Origin: Candidatus Poribacteria bacterium
Lineage (GTDB): Bacteria > Poribacteria > WGA-4E > WGA-3G
Assembly (NCBI GenBank): GCA_965205015.1
Contig: OZ242029.1
Coordinates: 1,408,001-1,472,000, forward strand
Length of the DNA stretch: 64,000 bases
Reading direction: 5' to 3'
In this document: in pieces, positions 9,999 through 19,256 of the stretch
How the letters are laid out: each line of letters begins with the position of its first letter
Numbering within the stretch: the first letter of the stretch is position 1
Translations under genes and position numbers: made by a program
Notes under the pieces: generated by a model
The model's database searches: none
The model's input: the letters and a program-made list of their open reading frames with translations, nothing else
What the model was told of the DNA's origin: nothing

Positions 9999-11159
9999 CT
10001 ACGGACCTTTAGAGTTTTCATGACTTGGGATTCCAAGCATACTTAAAAAGAAAGCAGAGAAAACTGTCTGGGTCCCCAATACCATTAATAGTAGTGCGAA
10101 AAGTGCCGGTCTCGTCCTTTGCAGCTCACCAAAGCCACTTTTCACCCAACCATACGCAATCCAGCCATCAATTAGGAACCCCACAGCAAATACTATACAT
10201 CCGATAAGCAATCCTTTTTCAAGGGTAAAACTACGATATACAAATCGGGTGATCGGATCGTTGTCGGAGAAACCACGAGTGATGCCTAAAGTCCGAGCAG
10301 AGAGTCCTAATAAGAGTATTTGATAACCGAGCAAACACAGAAGACACGCCAAAACCATCACGTGGATATCGTAGGCGCGATTATCTATTTGCAGGGGACC
10401 AAGGAGTAGAACAACCGTCCCAGCGAACCCGAAAAGAAAAAGTATGATACCCGGGATAAGAAACAGATAAGCTGGCGACAGCATCAGCATAAAGCGCAAA
10501 TGCCGCCAACCGTCCCGAAAGGAATTAAGTTTGGATTCTCCTTTGCGAGGATAGTAGGTTATCGGCACCTCTGTAATTTTAAGGTCAGCTTTTGTGGCAT
10601 TGATAACCATTTCTGAGGCAAATTCCATCCCTGTGGTCTGGAGTTCCATTTGCTGATAAGCTTCGCGCGTGAAGGACCGCATCCCACAGTGTGCATCAGA
10701 GACCCCTGATCGAAACAGAAGGTTCAGGACTCCAGTCAGAGCGGGATTGCCGAGATATCGATGAAGCCTCGGCATTGCCCCAGGAAGGATTTCACCTTTT
10801 AGTCTATTTCCTATGACAAAATCACAGCCATCGCGTAAGGGTATAATGAACCTTTCCAAATCTGTGAAATCGTAGGTATCATCAGAATCGCCTATAACAA
10901 TGTATTGCCCTTCTGCGGCGGCAATTCCAGCAAGATAGGCAGCACCGTAACCACGCAAAGGTTGATGGACCACGCGTGCGCCGAGACGTTCGGCAATTGT
11001 GACTGAGTCATCAGTAGAACCGTTATCTGCGACAACGACCTCCCCCTGAATGCCAAGTGCTGCCAAAGTCTCTTGTGCTTTCTGAATGCAGGTACCAAGT
11101 GTATCTTCTTCATTGAGACAGGGCATAACAATAGAAACGAGAAGGTTTTTATTTTCCAT
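9999..11159 (-). CDS. GT2 polyprenyl-phosphate glycosyltransferase (DPM1-like) with C-terminal TM domain
   Basis: SIVMPCLNEE, VADNGSTD, GYGAA, GDSDDTY, SDAHCGMR, GESKLNSFRDGWRH. Confidence 0.92.
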   Translation of the reverse strand: MENKNLLVSIVMPCLNEEDTLGTCIQKAQETLAALGIQGEVVVADNGSTDDSVTIAERLGARVVHQPLRGYGAAYLAGIAAAEGQYIVIGDSDDTYDFTDLERFIIPLRDGCDFVIGNRLKGEILPGAMPRLHRYLGNPALTGVLNLLFRSGVSDAHCGMRSFTREAYQQMELQTTGMEFASEMVINATKADLKITEVPITYYPRKGESKLNSFRDGWRHLRFMLMLSPAYLFLIPGIILFLFGFAGTVVLLLGPLQIDNRAYDIHVMVLACLLCLLGYQILLLGLSARTLGITRGFSDNDPITRFVYRSFTLEKGLLIGCIVFAVGFLIDGWIAYGWVKSGFGELQRTRPALFALLLMVLGTQTVFSAFFLSMLGIPSHENSKGP

Positions 11160-11173
11160 TATTAGACAACTCT

Positions 11174-13825
11174 TTATATTGGCTTATATTGGATCTCCCA
11201 AATTTTTATTGGGACAGGTCCATAGATTTTTGGAGATTCATAGATTAACTTAAAATGATCACTGTGTTCTCCGAAAAATAACTTGAATGTCAAATATTCT
11301 CTTGCTTCGGGAGAAATATAGAGTGCCATTGGATCCGCAGATTCAAAAGGCACATCTCGAACGATTTCACTATGTTTCCAAACACATCCGTCAATTTCTG
11401 CCTCCGGGAAGTACCATTGTCTATCTGCTATAATTAGTCCTTTAACTGAAACCAACTTTTCGGAATTGCCATCACGAATTACGATGGAGGCGGGACTACT
11501 AACCGTAAAACTTCCACTTTCCCATTTAAAAGGAATGATTATCCGCTTCATCTTCTCCTGAAGATTTTCAGTGTTTATTTTAATTGACATAGGGTGATCG
11601 ACTAAGTATTCAAGTTTTTGATCCGATTTATCAGAAAGTTTAAGGGGCGTGATTTGATGAAATTGCTCAATATTTTCGCGGCGTTCCGTGGCTGCCAAAA
11701 CATGAAGGTTCAGTTGTGAAAGATCCATGGGATGTAAGAAAATATGAGTCGCTTTATGTTCCTTTAAAAACCGCAAAGCCCCATCCTCGCTTTTTCCACA
11801 AAACACCGCTTTGGACATCTCCCTAATTTTCTCTAAGTTCTGTTCTTCATCAACAATTGTTGTTCTTCTTCCTAATTCATTAATAAGACTTCCGAAGTTC
11901 CAATTCGCTGCGATTACGGCATGAGGAGGGATATTCGTTTTGAATCCATTGAGGGCATCACGCGTTCCACTATCTGGAATCGGTTGCGATCGTATCGCTG
12001 TTATAAAACTGGTTTGGGTGGGACCTAAGCGGTAAATTCCTGCGATGGCCAGCCATGTAAATAAACACACGCAAACAAAAACAGATGTCTTTTTGACACC
12101 ATCCTGTGCCTGTTTTCTATAGAAAAGGTCCTGAAGAATAAAGCCGAAGAATATTGCTGTCACGAACAGGGTAATTAGGAGTTGAGCGCGCTCAGGTAAA
12201 CTTACCGATAGATAAGAAAAAGAGAGCAGCGATAGCAGAAATGTAAGGATATCTTTACCGCAAATCAGTACTTGCCAGGCCAACAACACGCCTAAAAAAA
12301 CGAGTGGAAGCCAGTTATTTTTTGCTGAGGGCATATACTTTTTGAAAAGCCTATTCAACATATAGCCTGAAAGTATGGCAATCAAAGGTGCAAGAAAAAG
12401 ATGAAAACGCTGGGCGGAACACGCCAGCATATAACCCGGAATGAACCAAGCAGATATCAGGAGGGAATGATTTTCAGTTATGGTATCTGTAGCCGCTTGA
12501 TGTGTTGGCAAGCAACATTGGTAGAATGTATTGACAACAATCACGATCGCTGCAATGGCGAAAATAAGACTATCTGTGAGTGGGAAGGGTAACGTGAACA
12601 AAGGCACAAATCTGCTAACAGCAATACCTAAGACAGCTATCAATACCAATGTGCAATGAAGTAAAAAAGACTTTCGTTTTCTGGGTGGATGTATATAGGT
12701 GAAAAAACACAATCCCGGAATAGCGAAGAGCAGGAGTAGCCCATAATCCTCCCGCCACATGTCGAATGGTGTCGGATGAAGTTCAGATACAAATTCCATG
12801 ACCCCATTCTTACCGAAAGGGTAAAAGATCGCATCGATGAAGGTTGAAATCCAATTGAAACTTCGATGTGTAAGCGTTAAAAGGATACATCCGAGGAAAA
12901 GAAACAGAATATTTATCGCGAACCTTAAGGGAATTTTGCTAAGCAAGCCGGAACCAAATCGGTGGGAGGTTCGCGATTGTATCATGATGGAAATCGCAGC
13001 GATTACCCCGAACGCGATTGGAACCCCAATGGCGAGGAGAACATGGGGCGCGAAGAGCTGGGTCCTATATATCTTTGTGAGCCCGAGTAACCCTGCTAAA
13101 ATTGGACAGAGCCAGATGGTGTACTGTGCGAAGTCATATTTATCGTAACCTTCTCTGCAGAGACAGAGAAAATTAAAAAAGACAATAACTGTTATAGCGA
13201 AGCCAACACCTTTCCATATTAATCCGAGAATACTTATCGTGATTCCCGAGAGGAGTGTATAGACATAACGTTTCCACAACGGCTGCGTTCGGAAACTCGC
13301 TTCAGCATAGAGTGCAAGGGCTGCTAAAAATAAGAAAATGATTATGGCATCAGTGTCTACATACCCTGTAAAAGATATAAGTATCAGCTGAGGGATGGAA
13401 ACAAAGATAAGGGTAGCAAATAAAGCTGCGATTTTTCCGAAAAGTCTCTTTGTAAACGCATATAGGATCAAGGCCGCAAGGGAGATAAAGAAAATGGAAG
13501 AAAAGATAGCGAATGGATATAATGTCAAACTGGGGAAAAATTTATGCCCTGCTGCGAAACCGTTCGCTAATACATAAGGAAACAGGGGGGTCGTTTTGGC
13601 ATTCTCAATGCCAGCCGGCGAATTTCGCATCGTATCAATACGTGGTAACTCCCCGGATTCGACAATCTGGCGTGTCTGCCGGAAGTACCTGTATGAATCT
13701 GGACCGAACAAATATGGGGCTTCGAGTGCGTCCCGGTTTTGAACACGAATGAAAACACCAAAGGCGATTATCAACAAAAAAATGACTGTAGAAAAGAGAC
13801 GTTCAGTTTTACTTGACGATTGCAT
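11174..13825 (-). CDS. STT3/PglB/AglB-like oligosaccharyltransferase (GT-C)
   Basis: PDSYRYFR, GYVDTD (DxD), FVSE, ~13 TM segments, VIAANWNFGS at the WWDYG position; likely start MQSSS overlaps upstream stop. Confidence 0.85.
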   Translation of the reverse strand: MQSSSKTERLFSTVIFLLIIAFGVFIRVQNRDALEAPYLFGPDSYRYFRQTRQIVESGELPRIDTMRNSPAGIENAKTTPLFPYVLANGFAAGHKFFPSLTLYPFAIFSSIFFISLAALILYAFTKRLFGKIAALFATLIFVSIPQLILISFTGYVDTDAIIIFLFLAALALYAEASFRTQPLWKRYVYTLLSGITISILGLIWKGVGFAITVIVFFNFLCLCREGYDKYDFAQYTIWLCPILAGLLGLTKIYRTQLFAPHVLLAIGVPIAFGVIAAISIMIQSRTSHRFGSGLLSKIPLRFAINILFLFLGCILLTLTHRSFNWISTFIDAIFYPFGKNGVMEFVSELHPTPFDMWREDYGLLLLFAIPGLCFFTYIHPPRKRKSFLLHCTLVLIAVLGIAVSRFVPLFTLPFPLTDSLIFAIAAIVIVVNTFYQCCLPTHQAATDTITENHSLLISAWFIPGYMLACSAQRFHLFLAPLIAILSGYMLNRLFKKYMPSAKNNWLPLVFLGVLLAWQVLICGKDILTFLLSLLSFSYLSVSLPERAQLLITLFVTAIFFGFILQDLFYRKQAQDGVKKTSVFVCVCLFTWLAIAGIYRLGPTQTSFITAIRSQPIPDSGTRDALNGFKTNIPPHAVIAANWNFGSLINELGRRTTIVDEEQNLEKIREMSKAVFCGKSEDGALRFLKEHKATHIFLHPMDLSQLNLHVLAATERRENIEQFHQITPLKLSDKSDQKLEYLVDHPMSIKINTENLQEKMKRIIIPFKWESGSFTVSSPASIVIRDGNSEKLVSVKGLIIADRQWYFPEAEIDGCVWKHSEIVRDVPFESADPMALYISPEAREYLTFKLFFGEHSDHFKLIYESPKIYGPVPIKIWEIQYKPI

Positions 13826-15266
13826 AAAACGGGACTTCAAATAGGGATTGATTGATGTCATTGGTGTGGATTTTGATGAGTGCTTTCGACTTGCCAGTTT
13901 CGGATGTGGGAGCTGTGAAAGTCACCGATATTTCATACTCCCGCCCCGGTTTGATGACTTCAAAATCTGTCGTGATGGACGGGTGAGTGCTTTCGATTCG
14001 CAGGATTTTCAAATCTGGGGTGCCATTTTTTCGTAATCGCACGCTGCGACGAGCGACTTCACCTATTTTGACGAAACCCATGAAGAATTGCTCTGGAGCG
14101 AGGCGGATGGCACCGACAACCTTCCCCAGGACGAGAACTTCAACATGTGGGTATCGGTATCCTTCTGTCAGGAGTGTCAACTTTTCTTTCAACCCACCCA
14201 ACGGGAGTCCTGGCTTTATTGTGACAAAGATTTTTGCGACAAGTCCATCTTTGTAAATGTGCTGAATTTTTGTTTGGATGAATGGAGAACTCGACTGGAC
14301 GCGTTTCACTTTTAACCTGCCATCTCCTGGGTCGTAGATTTCAAGCGTTTTTTTGATGGACTTTTGATTGCTGATGTTTTTGAGATGCAGGTTATTTGGG
14401 ACAATCCGGGCCAACCCAGCGACGACACCGGTAAGCGTGAAATGAATCACAGGAGTTTGAGGATCGTTTATATGCACTTTGACGGTTGCGGTTTGTCTCC
14501 CACGACGGTATTGTGTATCAAATTTGGCTGCAATTTCAGCGGTTTGATTTGGTGCGATTGTTGTTTCAGACAGGAGGACTGCAGTGCAGGAGCAGGATGA
14601 CCCTACGTCAAGGATTTCAATAGGCTGCTTCCCTATGTTTTTGAGTTTAAATGTATGTGTGATTGTCTGCTGATGCTCTGCGAACCCGAAGTCATACAAG
14701 AGTTCTTCGGTCTGGACGTTAGGTTTTTCTGTCGTAGCGGTCTGTGAGGGTTTAGAAATGACGAGAACGGCACCCTTCCAGATTTTTGAAAACTCGTTCG
14801 GGCTGAGCAGGGGTGTGGTACCGTCAACTTCAATCAGTCGAAAATTATCCTTTATTACACCCTCGACAACCAGAAAATGGTTTCTTCCGTTTTTGGTTGT
14901 GTGTGCAATCGCAGGGGTGCCAAGTTTTTTAAGGTTTTGTAGGCTCATTTTCATGCCGACAGCTTTGAATCCAAGTTTGTGTGCGACATCCGCGAGTTCT
15001 TTCATGCTGGTGCCGGTGGTTCGGACTTCTCCCGAATCGTCTATAGCCCCTGCCAGTTGGACGATTGTCTCGGGATCCACTTTCTGTCCGAACATCTCAC
15101 AAATAATAGAGAGGCTCAAAGGACCGCACATCCGAGCATAGAATGTATCGTCGTATTCTTGTGCCGAAGTCATATCCGTCAGTGCAAGGGTCAACCCGAA
15201 AGAAATTATCCATGTCAAAAAAAGGTATCTCAACATATTCTTTTTGTTTCCTTTTGTTTGTTGCAT
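13809..15266 (-). CDS. Exported C39-like cysteine peptidase fused to DUF1573/Ig-like domains
   Basis: Signal peptide; MCGPLSL, GTSMKEL, NHFLVV, FSKIWKG; then YDFG..FKLKNIG..SSCSCT (DUF1573); no ABC/TM domain. Confidence 0.88.
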   Translation of the reverse strand: MQQTKGNKKNMLRYLFLTWIISFGLTLALTDMTSAQEYDDTFYARMCGPLSLSIICEMFGQKVDPETIVQLAGAIDDSGEVRTTGTSMKELADVAHKLGFKAVGMKMSLQNLKKLGTPAIAHTTKNGRNHFLVVEGVIKDNFRLIEVDGTTPLLSPNEFSKIWKGAVLVISKPSQTATTEKPNVQTEELLYDFGFAEHQQTITHTFKLKNIGKQPIEILDVGSSCSCTAVLLSETTIAPNQTAEIAAKFDTQYRRGRQTATVKVHINDPQTPVIHFTLTGVVAGLARIVPNNLHLKNISNQKSIKKTLEIYDPGDGRLKVKRVQSSSPFIQTKIQHIYKDGLVAKIFVTIKPGLPLGGLKEKLTLLTEGYRYPHVEVLVLGKVVGAIRLAPEQFFMGFVKIGEVARRSVRLRKNGTPDLKILRIESTHPSITTDFEVIKPGREYEISVTFTAPTSETGKSKALIKIHTNDINQSLFEVPFYAIVK

Positions 15267-15325
15267 GTAATGTATCTCTGTTCTTCTGTATATTCGTTGT
15301 GTTGGCAGAAACCGGGCGTTCTGTT

Positions 15326-16468
15326 TTATTGAGAGGGCTGTCTCAATTCGCGATAGGGCCGTAACTTGCCAACTCCGTAATCATAAACGGGTGTGTCTTT
15401 GGAAACAGCTAATTGGAATTGGTTAGAGACATCAATGTTGAGTTCAAACGAGACGGCTTGAAGTGTCGTCTTCATGATAAGGTCGCCCTTCTGTTGTTGG
15501 ACACCCGGTAACAAGGGGTGAGTGGTTTCCTCAATGTTTTCCAGGAACCATACTCCCGGTAGATATTCTCTATAGTGTACGTGGCGTTCCGTAATATAGT
15601 GCTCCCCCTTTTTGAAAGGGAGCGACTCGATTTCCTCTTGAGCCTCAACTATTTTTTGTAGTTTCACCAAGCGGAACCCCTTCTCTGCGGAGACCCAGAG
15701 TTTTAGACTTTTTACATGTGGATGCTTTATACGGACGAGGTATGTCTCTTCACCGTTGATCATTTCTGTTCGCAGAAGGTCGGTTTCATTATCTTCAAGG
15801 ACTTTCCAGAGGGGGGTCATGAGGTAGCTGTTTGGGGTTGCCGCTCCGTAGGTCATCCAGTATCTCGGATCTAAATGTGCGTGTATCACACATCCCGGGC
15901 GAACAGCATACTCAAGGGACGTTTCATAAAACGAGAAGTATTCTTCAGTGTAGTAAGTGTAGTAACTTTGCCCCGTTACATTATCAATTATTTTGGAATA
16001 GGTGTCGGCTTTGATGCGAAAATCGGCAGAGACATGGAAGCCAATTTCTTTATACTTCTGTCTGACGGGAGAAGGAAATTCTGGTTCCTCTTTGTTGAGA
16101 CGTTCGTAGTCGATGGGTGAAATATCTACTCTAAAGATCTCCGCCTTGCGTTCAGAGACCTCCCATTGTCTTTCGCCATCGTAAATCTCCGATAAGATAC
16201 TGCTTTTAGAAGAGTCGACTCTGACTTGTGCGTCTTCAAAGGTCGCGCCATCAAATGTGAAATCGTATTCGCGTTTCTCCTCTATCGTTCCCAGAGCGTG
16301 ATTATAGACAAATGTTCCCCTTCCAGAAGGTGCTGCTGCATCAAAATTCTTGATGCCTGCGATGAGAGTTTGTAAGTCAAGATTCGGTGCTGCCGCTGCA
16401 ACAGATATATGGAACGTTCCTATCAAGAACAGCAGCAAAAAACGTGAGATGAATAGTCTTTTTTTCAT
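15326..16468 (-). CDS. Exported hypothetical protein (possible LolA-like fold)
   Basis: Signal peptide ending AAA; ETYLVRI..LKLWVSAEKGFRLVK pattern. Confidence 0.7.
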   Translation of the reverse strand: MKKRLFISRFLLLFLIGTFHISVAAAAPNLDLQTLIAGIKNFDAAAPSGRGTFVYNHALGTIEEKREYDFTFDGATFEDAQVRVDSSKSSILSEIYDGERQWEVSERKAEIFRVDISPIDYERLNKEEPEFPSPVRQKYKEIGFHVSADFRIKADTYSKIIDNVTGQSYYTYYTEEYFSFYETSLEYAVRPGCVIHAHLDPRYWMTYGAATPNSYLMTPLWKVLEDNETDLLRTEMINGEETYLVRIKHPHVKSLKLWVSAEKGFRLVKLQKIVEAQEEIESLPFKKGEHYITERHVHYREYLPGVWFLENIEETTHPLLPGVQQQKGDLIMKTTLQAVSFELNIDVSNQFQLAVSKDTPVYDYGVGKLRPYRELRQPSQ

Positions 16469-16510
16469 TTCAAATCCCTTGTTGAAATGCGGGGGACTTT
16501 AGAGTTCTTG

Positions 16511-17200
16511 TTACTCCACGGCTTTTTGGAAGCCCATGTGGTTTAGTCGTAAGAGTTCGTAAAATTCTCCGCCTGGCTGAAAGGGTGAAAAATCACCTTC
16601 GGAATAGGTAAGATAGTCATTCCCCAACTCAAAGATCGTCCTTCGAAGTTGAGCTGCTTCCTCGTCAAGTTTGTCTCTGAGAGGCGAAAGTTCTGGGGGT
16701 GCCCCATTAGATGGGGCGAGTTCTTCAACACGTTCCATCAGATCAAGGCGGTCTTGAAGAAGTTGTGGGAGTTCGATCCGGATTTCTGCAAGTCTCTCGG
16801 CAGCCAAGGCGGTTTCAGCATCGGCTTCAGCATCGGCTTCAGCATCGGCTTCTGTGTTTAGATGAGAGACCGTTGTGGGGTCTACATCTGTGGGTGGGAG
16901 CTCATCCTGCGTGAATGTGTCTGTGGTATCAGTTTCCGGGAACTGTGAAAAATCTCTACGTCCCCAATCGACGGGCGGGGCGGTTTCAGCGGACGCACTG
17001 TCGGACATTAAGGGGTCCGCTGGCTCCTTGGGTGTGCGGTGTTGCGGAAGTTCTACGGCTTTATACACCTTTATCACGGCTTGTGGTTGATTCGCTCGGT
17101 GAACCACAACGCCGAGGAATATCGCTGCACAAACGGTAAATATTGAGCATATCCAGAACCCCTTTGATTTTAGAAGTACCATAAAAACCTCTTTTTTCAA
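16511..17200 (-). CDS. N-terminally anchored hypothetical protein with acidic linker
   Basis: One TM helix, EADA x3 12-bp tandem repeat (~16813-16851), helical C-terminus. Confidence 0.75.
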   Translation of the reverse strand: MKKEVFMVLLKSKGFWICSIFTVCAAIFLGVVVHRANQPQAVIKVYKAVELPQHRTPKEPADPLMSDSASAETAPPVDWGRRDFSQFPETDTTDTFTQDELPPTDVDPTTVSHLNTEADAEADAEADAETALAAERLAEIRIELPQLLQDRLDLMERVEELAPSNGAPPELSPLRDKLDEEAAQLRRTIFELGNDYLTYSEGDFSPFQPGGEFYELLRLNHMGFQKAVE

Positions 17201-17217
17201 CGTTTTCCATTTTTTAG

Positions 17218-17253
17218 GATCCCCCTGATCAGAATTTTCTGGGCAGGGGGATC
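17218..17253 (-). terminator. Stem-loop downstream of the precursor gene
   Basis: gatccccctg ... cagggggatc 10-bp inverted repeat. Confidence 0.55.
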
Positions 17254-17361
17254 TAGATAGATTTAGAACCTTTTCTGAGCCGCTCAGGTCCGTTGTATTT
17301 CAATCTTTATCGGTACGAGCGTGCCTCTTTAAAAAGGTTGCGGATGGATACGCCGGAAGTA

Positions 17362-17745
17362 CTACTGGTGACTCACACAGTCCTCTAGCCAGTTATAAGT
17401 TGTGAAAACGTACGTCTCACAGTAGTTTTTATAGGAGGCAATCCGACACGATTTTTGTGCTTTTGGGCCCCCTCTCCTACTACAATTCCAGCCATTATAG
17501 TTCCGGCAATCTTTGTGCGAAATGCCGTAACTGGTTCTTCCATAGTAGTTTGAGGTATCACACTGGGTATCCGTGCAGCCGCTTTGACTTACACACTTCT
17601 GATCCGACCCCGTGCCTTGCAAGAGGGACATCTCGGTGTCCGAAAGTGCCAAAGGCACATCGGTATCATCGGAAATGGCGACATAAGCCAGCCCTGATAA
17701 AAGGAAGACGACAGCAAGATAGGAAAACCAAAATTTATGTTTCAT
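17362..17745 (-). CDS. Putative secreted Cys-rich precursor peptide (signal + GG-type leader + 8-Cys core)
   Basis: AAAGGAGAA RBS; signal peptide, LSDTEMSLLQG-TG leader, core with 8 Cys and N-C-S sequon. Confidence 0.8.
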   Translation of the reverse strand: MKHKFWFSYLAVVFLLSGLAYVAISDDTDVPLALSDTEMSLLQGTGSDQKCVSQSGCTDTQCDTSNYYGRTSYGISHKDCRNYNGWNCSRRGGPKAQKSCRIASYKNYCETYVFTTYNWLEDCVSHQ

Positions 17746-17828
17746 TATATTCTCCTTTTTTACCTATAGAAATCTACAAGTAGATTATTAAGAGTGAGTT
17801 GATTGCGGCATTGCATATCAAATTCGGG

Positions 17829-17858
17829 GTCAGGAAAAAACGTGGGTTTTTTCCTGAC
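17829..17858. promoter_or_regulatory. Perfect 13-bp stem-loop upstream of the precursor gene
   Basis: gtcaggaaaaaac-gtgg-gttttttcctgac. Confidence 0.55.
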
Positions 17859-18014
17859 ATTTTCTGGTGCTGTCACGACCAGCACCGTGGGCATCGACAG
17901 TCCTGCCCCGAAAGCGGAGCAGCGTGGCGGTGGATGTGTCTAACAATCACAACACTGGCTTGCCGATGAAAATATGTATACGTTCTATCTGTTGGTGCAA
18001 CTCGGCAAAACTTT

Positions 18015-19256
18015 TCATCTCTGCGAAACTTTAGACACCGCTAACACGCAGGCGTAGTCTTGCCCAATCGCTATGCTTATCGGACGGCTTGCCTGAAGAG
18101 GTGTGACAGATAAAAGTTCGGGGAATGCGCCTTTACGGCTTTTCTCTATACTTACAACGCTGAATATAGCAAAGACCCCCTTTGCGTGGACAACGGAGAG
18201 ACGCGCGTCCGAAATGTAAAAATCTGTGACAGGGCCCATGAATCGTTTTGCGTTGATATCTATTGTCTCACTTGAGGTATCTTCGGCGATTTGCTGCATC
18301 TCGCCGAACTCTCCTACGCGGTATGCAAGTGTCGACTTTCGGCGCGTGAGATGCTTTTCCTCTATTGTCGCCAGATGCTCCCGATACTCCCGATCCATGT
18401 TGTAGTCGCTCACGCTTATACTTATCTTGTGATCACCCCATCGGCATGCATCGTAAATCTGTATATCGGTTGCCGGGTCTTTCAGACGCTCCACTCCCAG
18501 AAACTCAGACGATGAGCGGACCTTTTCACCTTGACTGCTCTGGAGTTGTAAAAACCCGTTGCCAGACAGGAGCGGGATCGAGAGACCGCTCGGGTGCATG
18601 TTTGAAGTCGAGAGGGGAATCTGTTCTATCTCAGCACCGCCGACTTTCGGACACAGCAACCACCTGCGTTTCTCCAGTTTTACGGCTTTGATGAGTTGCG
18701 CTTGTCCGCGGGGCGCGTGAAAAATATACAGAGAGTCGTTCTCGCCGATAACATAGAGGTGCCCGTCATGAACATCAAGGTCTTTGATGGCATGTGGATA
18801 CGGTAACTGCGTGGTCGAGTGCAGCACGGGGGACGAGGGATGCGAGAAATCGACGAGATGAATCGTTTTTCTCGTTGCGACAACGAGATGGTTTCCAGAG
18901 GAAAGCACTTTGCCGAGTTCATCCGCAAACGCAAGAGTTGTCAAATAAACAGGACGCTGTGGGATAGAAAGATCTATAACATGCAAATGTCTTTCGGTCG
19001 TGAGATACGCGTGTTTTTCTACGAGGACAACGGTGTTGTCTGAATTGACCCGAAACGGTAGTCGGATAGAAGCAGCGAGTGTCGGATATTCTGGATCCTC
19101 TGTCTCTATCACTGTGAAGAGGGTCTCTTGTGGTTTTACGGAGGTAACCGTCATTCGGGATTGCCCATCCCCTATCATGCTGCACCCAAGGGGTACAAGT
19201 GTGAGGAACGTTAGACTCAAAAACATAAAAAATGTGGAGGCAAAGGCGTTTTTCAT
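18015..19256 (-). CDS. Lipoprotein with LVIVD-like repeats
   Basis: Lipobox PLGC; LHVIDLSIPQRP, IHLVDFSHPSSP. Confidence 0.75.
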   Translation of the reverse strand: MKNAFASTFFMFLSLTFLTLVPLGCSMIGDGQSRMTVTSVKPQETLFTVIETEDPEYPTLAASIRLPFRVNSDNTVVLVEKHAYLTTERHLHVIDLSIPQRPVYLTTLAFADELGKVLSSGNHLVVATRKTIHLVDFSHPSSPVLHSTTQLPYPHAIKDLDVHDGHLYVIGENDSLYIFHAPRGQAQLIKAVKLEKRRWLLCPKVGGAEIEQIPLSTSNMHPSGLSIPLLSGNGFLQLQSSQGEKVRSSSEFLGVERLKDPATDIQIYDACRWGDHKISISVSDYNMDREYREHLATIEEKHLTRRKSTLAYRVGEFGEMQQIAEDTSSETIDINAKRFMGPVTDFYISDARLSVVHAKGVFAIFSVVSIEKSRKGAFPELLSVTPLQASRPISIAIGQDYACVLAVSKVSQR

